From an uncultured Clostridia bacterium (lineage in GTDB: Bacteria > Bacillota > Clostridia > TANB77 > CAG-508): a stretch of 64,000 bases of DNA. Positions 1 to 10,500 of this stretch are shown one piece after another (position 1 is the first letter of the stretch; every line of letters begins with the position of its first letter). Both the position numbers and the translations under genes were made by a program. The DNA lies in contig CALXLF010000012.1 in the NCBI GenBank assembly GCA_944389125.1, positions 60 through 64,059 on the forward strand. The letters run 5' to 3'. The notes below the pieces were generated by a model that was not told where the DNA came from, made no database searches, and was given only the letters and a program-made list of their open reading frames with translations.

Positions 1-187
1 CGCCTTGGCAAGGTTGCATTTTACCACTAAATTATACCTGCATTTTTCATATTATATTTTATGCTTTATTTTTTATAAATTGCAAAAAAATAGAACTTCT
101 TTTAATTAAAGCATTTCTATAATAACAAAAATATATTTAAAAGTCAAGAGTTTTTAATCAAAATGCCATTTACTAATTAAAAATTAA

Positions 188-236
188 AACAGTTTCAATT
201 CATAAATTTTAAATTGAAACTGTTTTTTATTTTAGT
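188..236. terminator. Bidirectional rho-independent terminator closing the minus-strand T4SS-like operon
   Basis: Perfect inverted repeat aaaacagtttcaatt/aattgaaactgtttt with T-runs on both sides. Confidence 0.6.
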
Positions 237-282
237 TTGAAACATGTAGATATATATTTTTAGAAAATATATTATTTTACCT

Positions 283-888
283 TTATATATCTACTGAATA
301 TTCAACTGTTGAATAGTTTGGTGAAATTGTATTATTCGCAGTTATATTTATTGGAATTTCTTTATTTCCTTGATATGTTATATATAAAACTGCTTTAGTA
401 TAATTTGCTCCAGTAGTTATTGTGTCTAAATCTATTCTATATGATTCCCATGTAATTGTATCTCCTGATAATTTTTGTAATTCTTTAATAAGATTTACAA
501 ATTTAGCTTTATTTTTTATTGCCAAATTTATACAAATAGATTCAGATTCTTTATCATAATATTTCTCTATTTCCTTATCTGATGCATCTTTTAAATCTTT
601 ATAATATTTTGGTAAAACCTCTGTTGCAACATAATACATAGATTTTCCAATATCCATTATTGTTAAATCTCCTTGATATGCTCTTCCAAAGGCTGCTGAA
701 TAATCTGGGTATACTGTTTCATCATTCCATTGTTCACTATCATTTATATAGTCTAACTTTTCTGTTGCTAAGTCAGCTGTTGTAGGCCTAGTACTTAAAA
801 TTAATAATATAAATCCTAATATTAAAATCAGTACAATCAAAATTAATATTAATAATATTATTTTTCTTCTTTTTATTTTTAACTTCAT
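283..888 (-). CDS. Bitopic membrane protein (N-terminal TM, extracytoplasmic domain), last gene of operon; loose architectural paralog of 6884..7492
   Basis: 201-aa ORF; KRRK then poly-Leu/Ile TM helix; follows the giant hydrolase with a 60-bp gap. Confidence 0.6.
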   Translation of the reverse strand: MKLKIKRRKIILLILILIVLILILGFILLILSTRPTTADLATEKLDYINDSEQWNDETVYPDYSAAFGRAYQGDLTIMDIGKSMYYVATEVLPKYYKDLKDASDKEIEKYYDKESESICINLAIKNKAKFVNLIKELQKLSGDTITWESYRIDLDTITTGANYTKAVLYITYQGNKEIPINITANNTISPNYSTVEYSVDI

Positions 889-947
889 GCTAAGCCTCCT
901 ATATTAATTATTATTGAATTGAAGATTTATAAATAATCCTCAATTTC

Positions 948-3900
948 TTAGTCTTTTATTCCTCTTGAATCATCACCCATATAAATATCATATGCATTTT
1001 GTGCATAATGTTTTCTTAAATTTAACTCTTGATAATTTGTTCCTGGACTATACCATTGTGTAGGATCACTACCTCCTATACATGCTTCATAATATACTGC
1101 AAACAACTCTGCTGCTTGTTCAATATTAGTTAATGCTTTAAGTTCTGCCCATAAGTTTTCTGTCATTTGTCCTCTTCTTTCTGCTTCATATATAGCTCTT
1201 ATTTGTCCTGCATAATCAGTTTCATTATAACCTTGAGAAATAATCCATGCTCTAATTCCATCGCTAGCATCCCACCAATGACCTCCTGAATTACTTGTAT
1301 TCCATTGAGCTAATCCATGATATCCTGAAGGAGAAACAGCTGTTGGGTCTAAAGAACTTTCTTGTATTAGATTACCCATAATTCCAGCAGCTCCCTCTGG
1401 TGTAAATCCCTGAGACACAAAGTATGTAATAGCTGCCCTAACTTTTTCTGTATCTGATGAAGCTTCTGTTATTGCTTCTAAATCTCCATATTCTCCTGTT
1501 GTGTTTGAGCCACTTCCTTCTGGTTCTGGAATATCGAAATAATCTTCTACATTATCTATAATAGAATATTCTTTATCTTTTACCATTATTCTTATATAAT
1601 TTGCAGGCCCTGTATATTCTTCACCTTCTGGTGTATCACTAGAATCAGCTGGTTCTTCTTCAGAAGTTTCTGTTGTAGCTAATGCAGCTGATTCATCATC
1701 TGTATATGTAACACCAAGAAATTTACCTTCTTTTATATAATATCCTCTATTTGTATCTGATAAATCACAATTATATTCTTCTGGTAAACTTCCTAAATCT
1801 GCTGATTCTCCATAATTTACAAAGAATGGTGCATCATCTTTTTTCTGTTCTTCTTCTTCTCTGTTTTCTTGTTCTTCTGAATTATATAAAGCCATAACCT
1901 CATTTTGTTCATATGTTCCGTTATTTCCTCCATCATCAGTTGTATTTAAATCTACTTTAAATCCATCTATAGTTATTGTAAATCCTGCACATGTATCTTC
2001 ATATTCATCAAAGAATAGATTTAATCCATCTGCTGCAGCTTGATTGTCAATTCCATCTGTATCTGAACTATTATTTGCAACATTGTCTGCTGTAAAATAA
2101 TTTGTTCCTAATGCTTCAATTACTACATATCCTACCTCTTCTGTTTTTCCAGTATATACATTTTCTCTCTTATGTGTTCCATATTCTATTATCTTACCTG
2201 TTACTGGTGATGATACATATTCTCCACCTTCATATCCTTCAAATGATGATGTTGCTGCTCCACCATTAGCTCCTTCTATTCCACTTACTATATTATCATA
2301 CCATGTTTGATATGCTTCTTGTGAATTTAAATGTAGTCCATCTGATGTTAAGTCTGAACTTAAGTATCCATTTTCATCTTGTAATCCTGATGTAGCATCT
2401 ATAAAATATGCTCCATCTGTTGAATTACAATGTGATTGAACACTATTATTATATGAATCTATATTTGAATTCATTGTAGCTGCATCAATTGTAGTATATG
2501 CAGTTCCAACGTGATTAACCTTAACTACATAAACTGGTATATTATATCTTGTAATTAATGCATCTATCAAATTATTCATTGCATCTGCTGAGCTTGTATC
2601 ATTTACACCCAAGTATAAAACTATTGCTGATGCATCTGATGAAACTGTAATAGTATCTATTGACATTTCTGAACTTGAAGCGCTACTTCCTGTTATTCCA
2701 TAGAAATAAGATGTGTCTGCTACTCCTTGTGAACTTAATCCATCAATCCATGAATCTCCTACAAATTGTAGTTTTGATATATCTACATTTTCAGTGCTTT
2801 CGTTGTCATCTGTATCATCTTCTGGTACATCTTCAGCCCATTCTTCTGTTTCATCATCACTAGGTTCATAATCTATTTCATTTAAATAATCATATGTTCC
2901 TTTTGATTCAATCAATGCTCCATATTCTTCATCTTGTTTATCCCATGGTCTTACTGGCCATCCTACCGGACTTATATCTGGTAAAACCCATGTAAACACT
3001 TCTTCTATTGCATCTGATAAATCTTCTTTATCAAAATAATCTAATTCTACTATTAATTCTTTAAAATCTCTATATGCATATTCTGATGCTAGTGTTTTTG
3101 TATTTTCCAATATTGTAAATGCTTCTAATGAAGTTTTTGTTATATTTGTTGTTTTTATTAAACCTGGATTTCTTGGATCTCCTATTCTTAATTCTTCTCC
3201 ATCTTGCACAGTATAATCAAGGTCATATGTTTCTCTTATTGATATAGTATCTCCATTTTCATCTAAAGTAGCTATAAATGCCAAACTTCCGAGTTTATAA
3301 TCATTTTCTGGACAAGTAATTATACCTGAATAATACATATCTAATTGCCAATCTAACCATTGTTCAGTTACATCTTCCCAATCAAATGATAATTCGTCTG
3401 CAATTGTAAATGCATCTAAATAATCTAAGAAAGTCTGTTCATAAGTTTGTCTTAAAGCACTTCTACCAAACTTTCCTAATAAATCTTTAGCAACATCTTT
3501 AGCAGTGCCATAATTTGACATCAAATATCCTTGTGCCCAACTTAATACTGCTTCTTTATCTTTTGCGATTCTCATTGCTGTTTCTTCTGAACCATCATAT
3601 GTATAATATTTTCTATATTTAAATAACCATTTTACTGTTGGATTTGTTTGTGATCTTTGGGCATCTTCTACTTGTGTTACTTCATTTGTTGAAGTTATAT
3701 TATAATAAAATCCTCCTTCTTGATTTGGATAATCTTCTCCAATAGTATCATAAACATCATTAACTTCATCATTATCATCATCATACTCTACTCTTATCCA
3801 GCCTGTTGCAGCTCCATCAGAATTAAATTCATATGCAGACCATAAAACATTTTCTATTGGTGAATCAGATAAATCATCTAATGTTTTTACTTTAGCTTTT

Positions 3901-6641
3901 TTTACAAAAGCATGTCCTGCTTCTTCAGCCTCTTCTTCTGAGTCATAACTTGTACCTGATGTAACATTATATCTTGCTGCATATCCCTGCTGATAATCTT
4001 CTAAAACTGTATATGGATCTTCTAAAAAGTCTTCCATCTTAATATCTGATGTTATTCCATTTGGATATAAATAATATAGTTGATATTCTTCTGTTGGATT
4101 CCCTGATTCATCTTCTTTCATATCATACGCTGTCCAATATTCTCCAGTGTCTGCTAAATATTCTTCATCAACCTTAACAAAAGTTGCATTTTCTCCCCAT
4201 GAATTATCAATCATATCTTTTTCAGCTCGCGACCTTGGAGCTTCATTTATGTAATCTTGAATTGCCGTATCTGCATAACTCGGAACTATAAAATATGTAT
4301 CCCTAAACCAGCTACCTAAAACTCTTGAAATATATGGTGTATATGATGCATAATCTTGGTCAGATATTGCTGCTAAAGCTTGAATTACATCTTTTACATA
4401 TCTCTTGCAATTTGCACAACATTTTTCTAATCCAGGATCATCACTACATCTTGTTGTTTCAGGATCTACTGGAATATATTCTCCTGTTTCTTCATCATAT
4501 GTTAATAATCCAGCATCTACTAATTCTTGAGTTGTTTTATCTCTTATTATAAATTCAAATATAATTGTATCTACCCATATAGGTTCTTCATATTCAGTCT
4601 CTTCTTCTCCAGCAATAGTCATTCCTGTTTCATAAACAAGATATTTTACTGTTATCCATTCATACCCAACACTTTCTCCATTAACTTCTGCATAATATGT
4701 TCTAGTTGTTCTTACTTCTTTTGTTTTATAATTAGTATAATAAGCAATTGCCCCTGCTGATGGCATTAATACTTCTGTTTCAATCTCTCTTGTTTCTGGT
4801 TCACTTTCTGCAGCTTCTGATGCAACATATCCATAATCTGATAAATTTACTCCACTATCACTATCTGCAAAATAGCTATAATTATCATTCAAATATGCTT
4901 CATTACCAGTTCCTAAAGAAGCATCACAATTATCAACACTCATAATATAATGATTGTTATCTGAATCATAATAATAATATTCTTCATAATCATCAAAAAT
5001 ATCATAAATACTTGGTCTATCTTCTGCATTTTCAGTCAATCCATATGTATTTAATGAGTTGGTACTTGCCCATCTCCATCCAAAAACTGTATCATCTGTT
5101 GCAAGTACTATTACTTGATCTTGCGCTTGACCTGTACAATTTGGTGGACTCTTTAATGGTAAATTTACTAGTAAATCCTGTGCAGCACTTTTCGTAATTA
5201 CTAATCCATTTACCCATTCTAAGGCTGCCATATCATTTACTCCCCATGAAGCAACCCCATGTCCTGTATCTGACAAAGTTTGTTCTATTTTATCAATCAT
5301 TATTCTATCTTCATCATTTGAAATAGATTTTGATTCGTCTAACATATCAACATATGCTGCATCTACAGTTGAATCATCAGAATCTTCCAAATACACTTGA
5401 ACTTCCGTATCAAAACTTTGTAACATTGCATAAACCAAATCTGGTTGCATTGTTGCAATATGAAGTGATAATAAAAACTCTAAACTCATTCCATATCTAT
5501 CTGACCACCCATCTATTGTAAATACAGTTGGATTATTAAAGTGTCCATTTTTAACACTCATTTTTGCGCCTGTACTAGTTCTTGTTATTTTTATATCATC
5601 ACCATAAACAATCCAGTGTCCTAATCCGCTTGACCATTCACTAGTAGCTTGTCCATCTGCAGAATAATAAAATTTCAATAATCCTTTTGACCAAGCACTA
5701 TCATATCCACCATATGTTTGCTTTATTGTAGAATAAATATTTTTTAATAATCCTCCATCATTATTTCTTATTGAATAAATTCTATAATCTGATAATAAAT
5801 ATGTTCTAAGTAATGTTGTATCAACATTTAAATCTATTGCATCTAATAACCAATTATCACCAAAACTAACAATTTTTCCAGCTCCGCTATTAGATATATC
5901 TTCTGTTGATCTAAGAACACCATATTGATCTATATAATTATCACCCTCTACCATTAGTCCTGTACTATTATCTATTAATATTCCTAATGAATTATAATAT
6001 AATCCGTCATAAGCAGAATTTCCATCTGGATCTTCTTCTGCAGATTGACTATAATATCTAGCGTTTGTATCTTCTCCTCTTTTCTCAAAATAAATATATC
6101 CTTGTTCTGCTAGTTCAGCTGTTGTTAAATTTCCTGCTATTGTCGCATAATTTGGATTTGGATCAATAAAACCATAACCAACTAAATCATATTCAAGTTC
6201 TTCTAAATAATTAGCTAAATCAACAACATCTTGAGGATTAATATATGCATCTGCATCTGTTGTAAACCAACTTTGCACAGTATCTATTGCACCTTGGGCA
6301 AATTGTTTTAGTGCATTTATGGCTAATCCTGGAATAAACAAAATAAAACCGATTACTCCTACTATAACAAAAATAATTATTACTACTATTGCAATTATAA
6401 GTAAAATCTGTGGAGGTATATTCTTTAAAAAATTAATTATTTTCTTTACTTTATCTGCAGTCTTTTTTATACCTTTTGCAATATCTCCTAAACCTTTTTT
6501 TCCTTGTTCTTCTGGTTTTGCCTCAGGATCTAATACATCTACTTCTTTTTTTTCTAATGGATTTTTTCCTCCACCACTACCAGGTAATTTTGGAACATTT
6601 CCACCACCTGGTAATCCTGGTGTTCCATCTGTATCAGCCAT
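948..6641 (-). CDS. Giant (1897 aa) membrane-anchored multidomain cell-wall hydrolase. N-terminal TM anchor, ~1200-aa shared central region, SGNH/GDSL-type esterase domain, C-terminal Phage_lysozyme2-type (phage tail lysozyme) domain. VirB1-like functional analog
   Basis: Uninterrupted 5.7-kb ORF. GDSW..GVNDT..DGLHLN SGNH blocks (~nt 2290..2770). AAGIMGNLIQESSLDP motif at C-terminus (~960..1450). N-terminal 2/3 is ~80-90% identical to the 7528..13470 paralog. Confidence 0.75.
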   Translation of the reverse strand: MADTDGTPGLPGGGNVPKLPGSGGGKNPLEKKEVDVLDPEAKPEEQGKKGLGDIAKGIKKTADKVKKIINFLKNIPPQILLIIAIVVIIIFVIVGVIGFILFIPGLAINALKQFAQGAIDTVQSWFTTDADAYINPQDVVDLANYLEELEYDLVGYGFIDPNPNYATIAGNLTTAELAEQGYIYFEKRGEDTNARYYSQSAEEDPDGNSAYDGLYYNSLGILIDNSTGLMVEGDNYIDQYGVLRSTEDISNSGAGKIVSFGDNWLLDAIDLNVDTTLLRTYLLSDYRIYSIRNNDGGLLKNIYSTIKQTYGGYDSAWSKGLLKFYYSADGQATSEWSSGLGHWIVYGDDIKITRTSTGAKMSVKNGHFNNPTVFTIDGWSDRYGMSLEFLLSLHIATMQPDLVYAMLQSFDTEVQVYLEDSDDSTVDAAYVDMLDESKSISNDEDRIMIDKIEQTLSDTGHGVASWGVNDMAALEWVNGLVITKSAAQDLLVNLPLKSPPNCTGQAQDQVIVLATDDTVFGWRWASTNSLNTYGLTENAEDRPSIYDIFDDYEEYYYYDSDNNHYIMSVDNCDASLGTGNEAYLNDNYSYFADSDSGVNLSDYGYVASEAAESEPETREIETEVLMPSAGAIAYYTNYKTKEVRTTRTYYAEVNGESVGYEWITVKYLVYETGMTIAGEEETEYEEPIWVDTIIFEFIIRDKTTQELVDAGLLTYDEETGEYIPVDPETTRCSDDPGLEKCCANCKRYVKDVIQALAAISDQDYASYTPYISRVLGSWFRDTYFIVPSYADTAIQDYINEAPRSRAEKDMIDNSWGENATFVKVDEEYLADTGEYWTAYDMKEDESGNPTEEYQLYYLYPNGITSDIKMEDFLEDPYTVLEDYQQGYAARYNVTSGTSYDSEEEAEEAGHAFVKKAKVKTLDDLSDSPIENVLWSAYEFNSDGAATGWIRVEYDDDNDEVNDVYDTIGEDYPNQEGGFYYNITSTNEVTQVEDAQRSQTNPTVKWLFKYRKYYTYDGSEETAMRIAKDKEAVLSWAQGYLMSNYGTAKDVAKDLLGKFGRSALRQTYEQTFLDYLDAFTIADELSFDWEDVTEQWLDWQLDMYYSGIITCPENDYKLGSLAFIATLDENGDTISIRETYDLDYTVQDGEELRIGDPRNPGLIKTTNITKTSLEAFTILENTKTLASEYAYRDFKELIVELDYFDKEDLSDAIEEVFTWVLPDISPVGWPVRPWDKQDEEYGALIESKGTYDYLNEIDYEPSDDETEEWAEDVPEDDTDDNESTENVDISKLQFVGDSWIDGLSSQGVADTSYFYGITGSSASSSEMSIDTITVSSDASAIVLYLGVNDTSSADAMNNLIDALITRYNIPVYVVKVNHVGTAYTTIDAATMNSNIDSYNNSVQSHCNSTDGAYFIDATSGLQDENGYLSSDLTSDGLHLNSQEAYQTWYDNIVSGIEGANGGAATSSFEGYEGGEYVSSPVTGKIIEYGTHKRENVYTGKTEEVGYVVIEALGTNYFTADNVANNSSDTDGIDNQAAADGLNLFFDEYEDTCAGFTITIDGFKVDLNTTDDGGNNGTYEQNEVMALYNSEEQENREEEEQKKDDAPFFVNYGESADLGSLPEEYNCDLSDTNRGYYIKEGKFLGVTYTDDESAALATTETSEEEPADSSDTPEGEEYTGPANYIRIMVKDKEYSIIDNVEDYFDIPEPEGSGSNTTGEYGDLEAITEASSDTEKVRAAITYFVSQGFTPEGAAGIMGNLIQESSLDPTAVSPSGYHGLAQWNTSNSGGHWWDASDGIRAWIISQGYNETDYAGQIRAIYEAERRGQMTENLWAELKALTNIEQAAELFAVYYEACIGGSDPTQWYSPGTNYQELNLRKHYAQNAYDIYMGDDSRGIKD

Positions 6642-6835
6642 GCTTTTCTCCTTTCTATAATATTTGCTACATTAAATTTATAATACCTAATTTCTATTTT
6701 TAAAAAACTGATTATTTAATTATAAACTAATAAAAATCTTATATAAATCATCTTCCCCTTATATTATATCATATCAAATGTATATTTTAAAAACAACAAT
6801 ATAAGATAAAATTCCTTAATTTTAATTTATAATAT

Positions 6836-6868
6836 AAGCACTAATTTTCAATAAAATTAGTGCTTACA
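6836..6868. terminator. Hairpin terminator between the two giant-hydrolase modules
   Basis: Inverted repeat aagcactaatttt/aaaattagtgctt downstream of the 6884..7492 gene. Confidence 0.45.
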
Positions 6869-6883
6869 ATTTTTATATTTTAT

Positions 6884-7492
6884 TTAAAAATTTTCTGGCG
6901 TCTCCTGTGGAGGCATTATTTCTAAAGATGATACATTTTTCTTTTTATCATTTGATAGCTTAACAGTAAATTCAATATCCCCATAATCTTTATAATTAAA
7001 TTTCATCTTAAAATAACTATATTCATTAGAATTAAAAACTGTACCTTTTTCATATAAACAATAATTAAATTCATTTCCAGAAATATCATTTTCAACCAAA
7101 TAATTTGCTAAATTAATGAAATCATCTTTATTTTTAACTCCTATAAGTTTTGTTATATCATCATAATTTTCATCATAAAATTTCCCAAAATCGTCTGATT
7201 CTTTTAATGATGATACTAAATCAGGTAAATAACTAGAAACTGAATATAATTGTTCATAAAATTCGTCTCTCTTTACATCACCAGTATACTCTCTCATAAA
7301 AGTAGATATGCCTTGAGGAATTATTTTTCCTTCAAGATATTCTGATATATTTTTTTCTTGTTTGCTAGGGTCAATTGTTTCTTTATTAGAATTTCTTACT
7401 AAAGCAATTATAGTAATACATAAAATAGCAATACATATTAAAATTGCAATTATTATAAATATTAAACATTTTTTTCTTTTTTTAACACTCAT
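6884..7492 (-). CDS. Bitopic membrane protein (202 aa) paired with upstream giant hydrolase
   Basis: ORF with KKRKK then TM helix; same position and architecture as 283..888. Confidence 0.6.
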   Translation of the reverse strand: MSVKKRKKCLIFIIIAILICIAILCITIIALVRNSNKETIDPSKQEKNISEYLEGKIIPQGISTFMREYTGDVKRDEFYEQLYSVSSYLPDLVSSLKESDDFGKFYDENYDDITKLIGVKNKDDFINLANYLVENDISGNEFNYCLYEKGTVFNSNEYSYFKMKFNYKDYGDIEFTVKLSNDKKKNVSSLEIMPPQETPENF

Positions 7493-7527
7493 ATATTAAA
7501 CTCCTTTAAAATTCTAATAATTAATTT

Positions 7528-10500
7528 CTAGTTATAAGTACAAACTGAGAAGTTACCATTCAAATAATCTGTAAATGGTGTTTCTGTACTAAATACTAAT
7601 TCTCCACCTGAGTCATAACAATGGAAGAATTTTCCTTCACTCCACATTCTATATTCTGATTCTCTTCTCGTTCTTAATCCTGGATATTCACCCCATTGTC
7701 CACTTCCTAATGTTGTCCAAGTACTTGCAATTGTTCCTTCATCACCAGAACGAATTGCTTGTTCTAAGGAATCAGGAATTTCTCCAAAATTATAGTAAAC
7801 TGAAATTAATGCAGCCATTTGAGTTTCTGTAAATGTTTGACCTGGGAATAATTCTTGAATTCCTGCAACATTTGTATCTATTTCCGCAACTGCAACATCA
7901 TTACATACCTCAATTGGAATATGATCTCCTGCATTCATACCCACATTACTTCCTCTAGTGTTATTAACATATTCTTGATATCCTAAATTCCAGAATAATT
8001 CATTACACCAGTTAGTTACACCAAAAGCAGCAGTTATTGTTCCATCACCAATGTCTCCAGCAATTGAATATCCTTGAGTTATTGCTTGATCTAAACTAGA
8101 ATCTCCTCCTCCTTTTCCTTCTGTATCAACTAAAAGCCAGTATAAAAATTCTTCTGAATATTCACCTGTGAATATATCTCCATTTCCGCTATCATCTTCT
8201 GGATCTGGAATATTAAAGTAATCTTCTACATTATCTATAATAGAATATTCTTTATCTTTTACTATTATTCTTATATAGTTTGCTGGTCCTTCATATTCTT
8301 CCTGTGTTGTATCAGTAGAAGAAGTATCTGTTGTAGTTAATCCAGCTGATTCATCATCTGTATATGTAACTCCAAGGTATTTACCTTCTTTTATATAATA
8401 TCCTCTATTTTCATCTGATAAATCACAATAATATTCTTCTGGTAGACTTCCTAAATCTGCTGATTCTCCATAATTTACAAAAAATGGTGCATCCTCTTTT
8501 GCTTGTTCATTTTCTTCTCTTTCTTCTTGCTCTGCTGAATTATATAAAGCCATAACTTCATTTTGCTCATATGTTCCATTATTTCCTTCATCATCTGTTG
8601 TATTTAAATCTACTTTAAATCCATCTATAGTTATTGTAAATCCTGCACATGTTTCTTCATATTCATCAAAGAATAGATTTAATCCATTTGCTGCAGCTTC
8701 ATTATCAATTCCTTCTGTATCTCCACTATTATTTGCAACATTGTCTGCTGTAAAATAATTTGTTCCTATTGTTTCAATTACTACATATCCAACATCTTCT
8801 GTTTTTCCAGTATATATATTTTCTCTTTTATGTGTTCCATATTCGATTATCTTACCTGTTACTGGTGATGATACATATTCTCCGCCTTCATATCCTTCAA
8901 ATAGTGATGATCCAACTCCACTTGGAGTATTATCTGGAATCCAAACCATTACTCCACTAGTTGCATTTATACAACTCATTAATGCCTCTATGCCTCCAGT
9001 ATTCTCAAGCCTACTATAATCACCATCAACTGAATCTGCTGTATATATTGTTGAACCATCAACACCTATTACACATATAAAGTGTCCACTTGATGTTGTC
9101 CATGGCCCTACACTTTCTTGTGGTGGCATATATACTATTATAGGTTTTCCTGCATTAAATGCTGTATTAATTTTATTTTCTAAGTCATCTGTATACCATT
9201 CTCCACTTACGCCATTATCATTTAAAAATTTATCCATTGTTGTAGATCTTTGACTACTATTAAATGCTGATGTTCCATAATTTTCATGAATATATTCAAC
9301 TGTTGTCAAAGGATTTACTTCTTCATTTACATATCCTGATAATAATGATGAAATAGAATATATTCCACAGCCCATACTTCCAAGAGTTGTATCTGCACTA
9401 TTATCATTTGCTATTTGTGTACTACCTTCTTGATAAGGATATATAGTTCCAGATCCTCCTCCACCATAATATCCGCCTTGACTAAATTGTTTAAATTCTG
9501 TTCCATAAGCAGATATAATATATGAATAGTGTCCTTCAGAAGTATTTTGATCTGCACTTTCTATAGAAATTCCTGAATTATTATTACTATTATTTGAATT
9601 ACTATCAGAATTATCAGTATTTCCAGAATTACTTGAATTGTCATCATCTTCTGTTTCGTTATCTTCTCCATATCTTATATCTTTTAAATAATCATAAGTT
9701 CCTTTTGATTCAATCAAAGCTCCATAATCTTCATCTTGTTTATCCCATGGTCTTACTGGCCATCCTACTGGACTTATATCTGGTAAAACCCATGTAAATA
9801 CTTCTTCTATTGCATCTGATAAATCTTCTTTATCAAAATAATCTAATTCTACTATTAATTCTTTAAAATCTCTATATGCATATTCTGATGCTAACGTTTT
9901 CGTATTTTCTAATATTGTAAATGCCTCTAAAGATGTTTTTGTTATATTTGTTGTTTTTATTAAATCTGGATCTCTTGGATCTCCTATTCTTAATTCTTCT
10001 CCATCTTGTGGGGTATAATCAAGGTCATATGTTTCTCTTATTGAAACTGTATTTCCATCTTCATCTAATGTTGCTATAAATGCTAAATCTCCTAATTTAT
10101 AGTCATCTTCAGGACATTCAATTATTCCTGAATAATACATATCTAATTGCCAATCTAGCCATTGTTCTCTTATTTCATTCCAATCAAATGTTATTGTTGT
10201 TCTATCATATGCTTGTCTTAATGAACTTCTTCCATAATCTCCTAATTTTCCAGCTACATCACTAGGACCTGTTGTAACTCCATATTCTCCAATTAAGTAA
10301 TTTGTAACCCAATTTAGTACTGCTTCTTTATCTTTTGCGATTCTCATCGCTGTTTCTTCTGATCCATCATATGTATAATATTTTCTATACTTAAATAACC
10401 ATTTTACTGTTGGATTTGTTTGCGATCTTTGTGCATCTTCTATTTGTGTTACTTGATTTGTTGAAGTTATATTATAATAAAATCCTCCTTCATCATTATA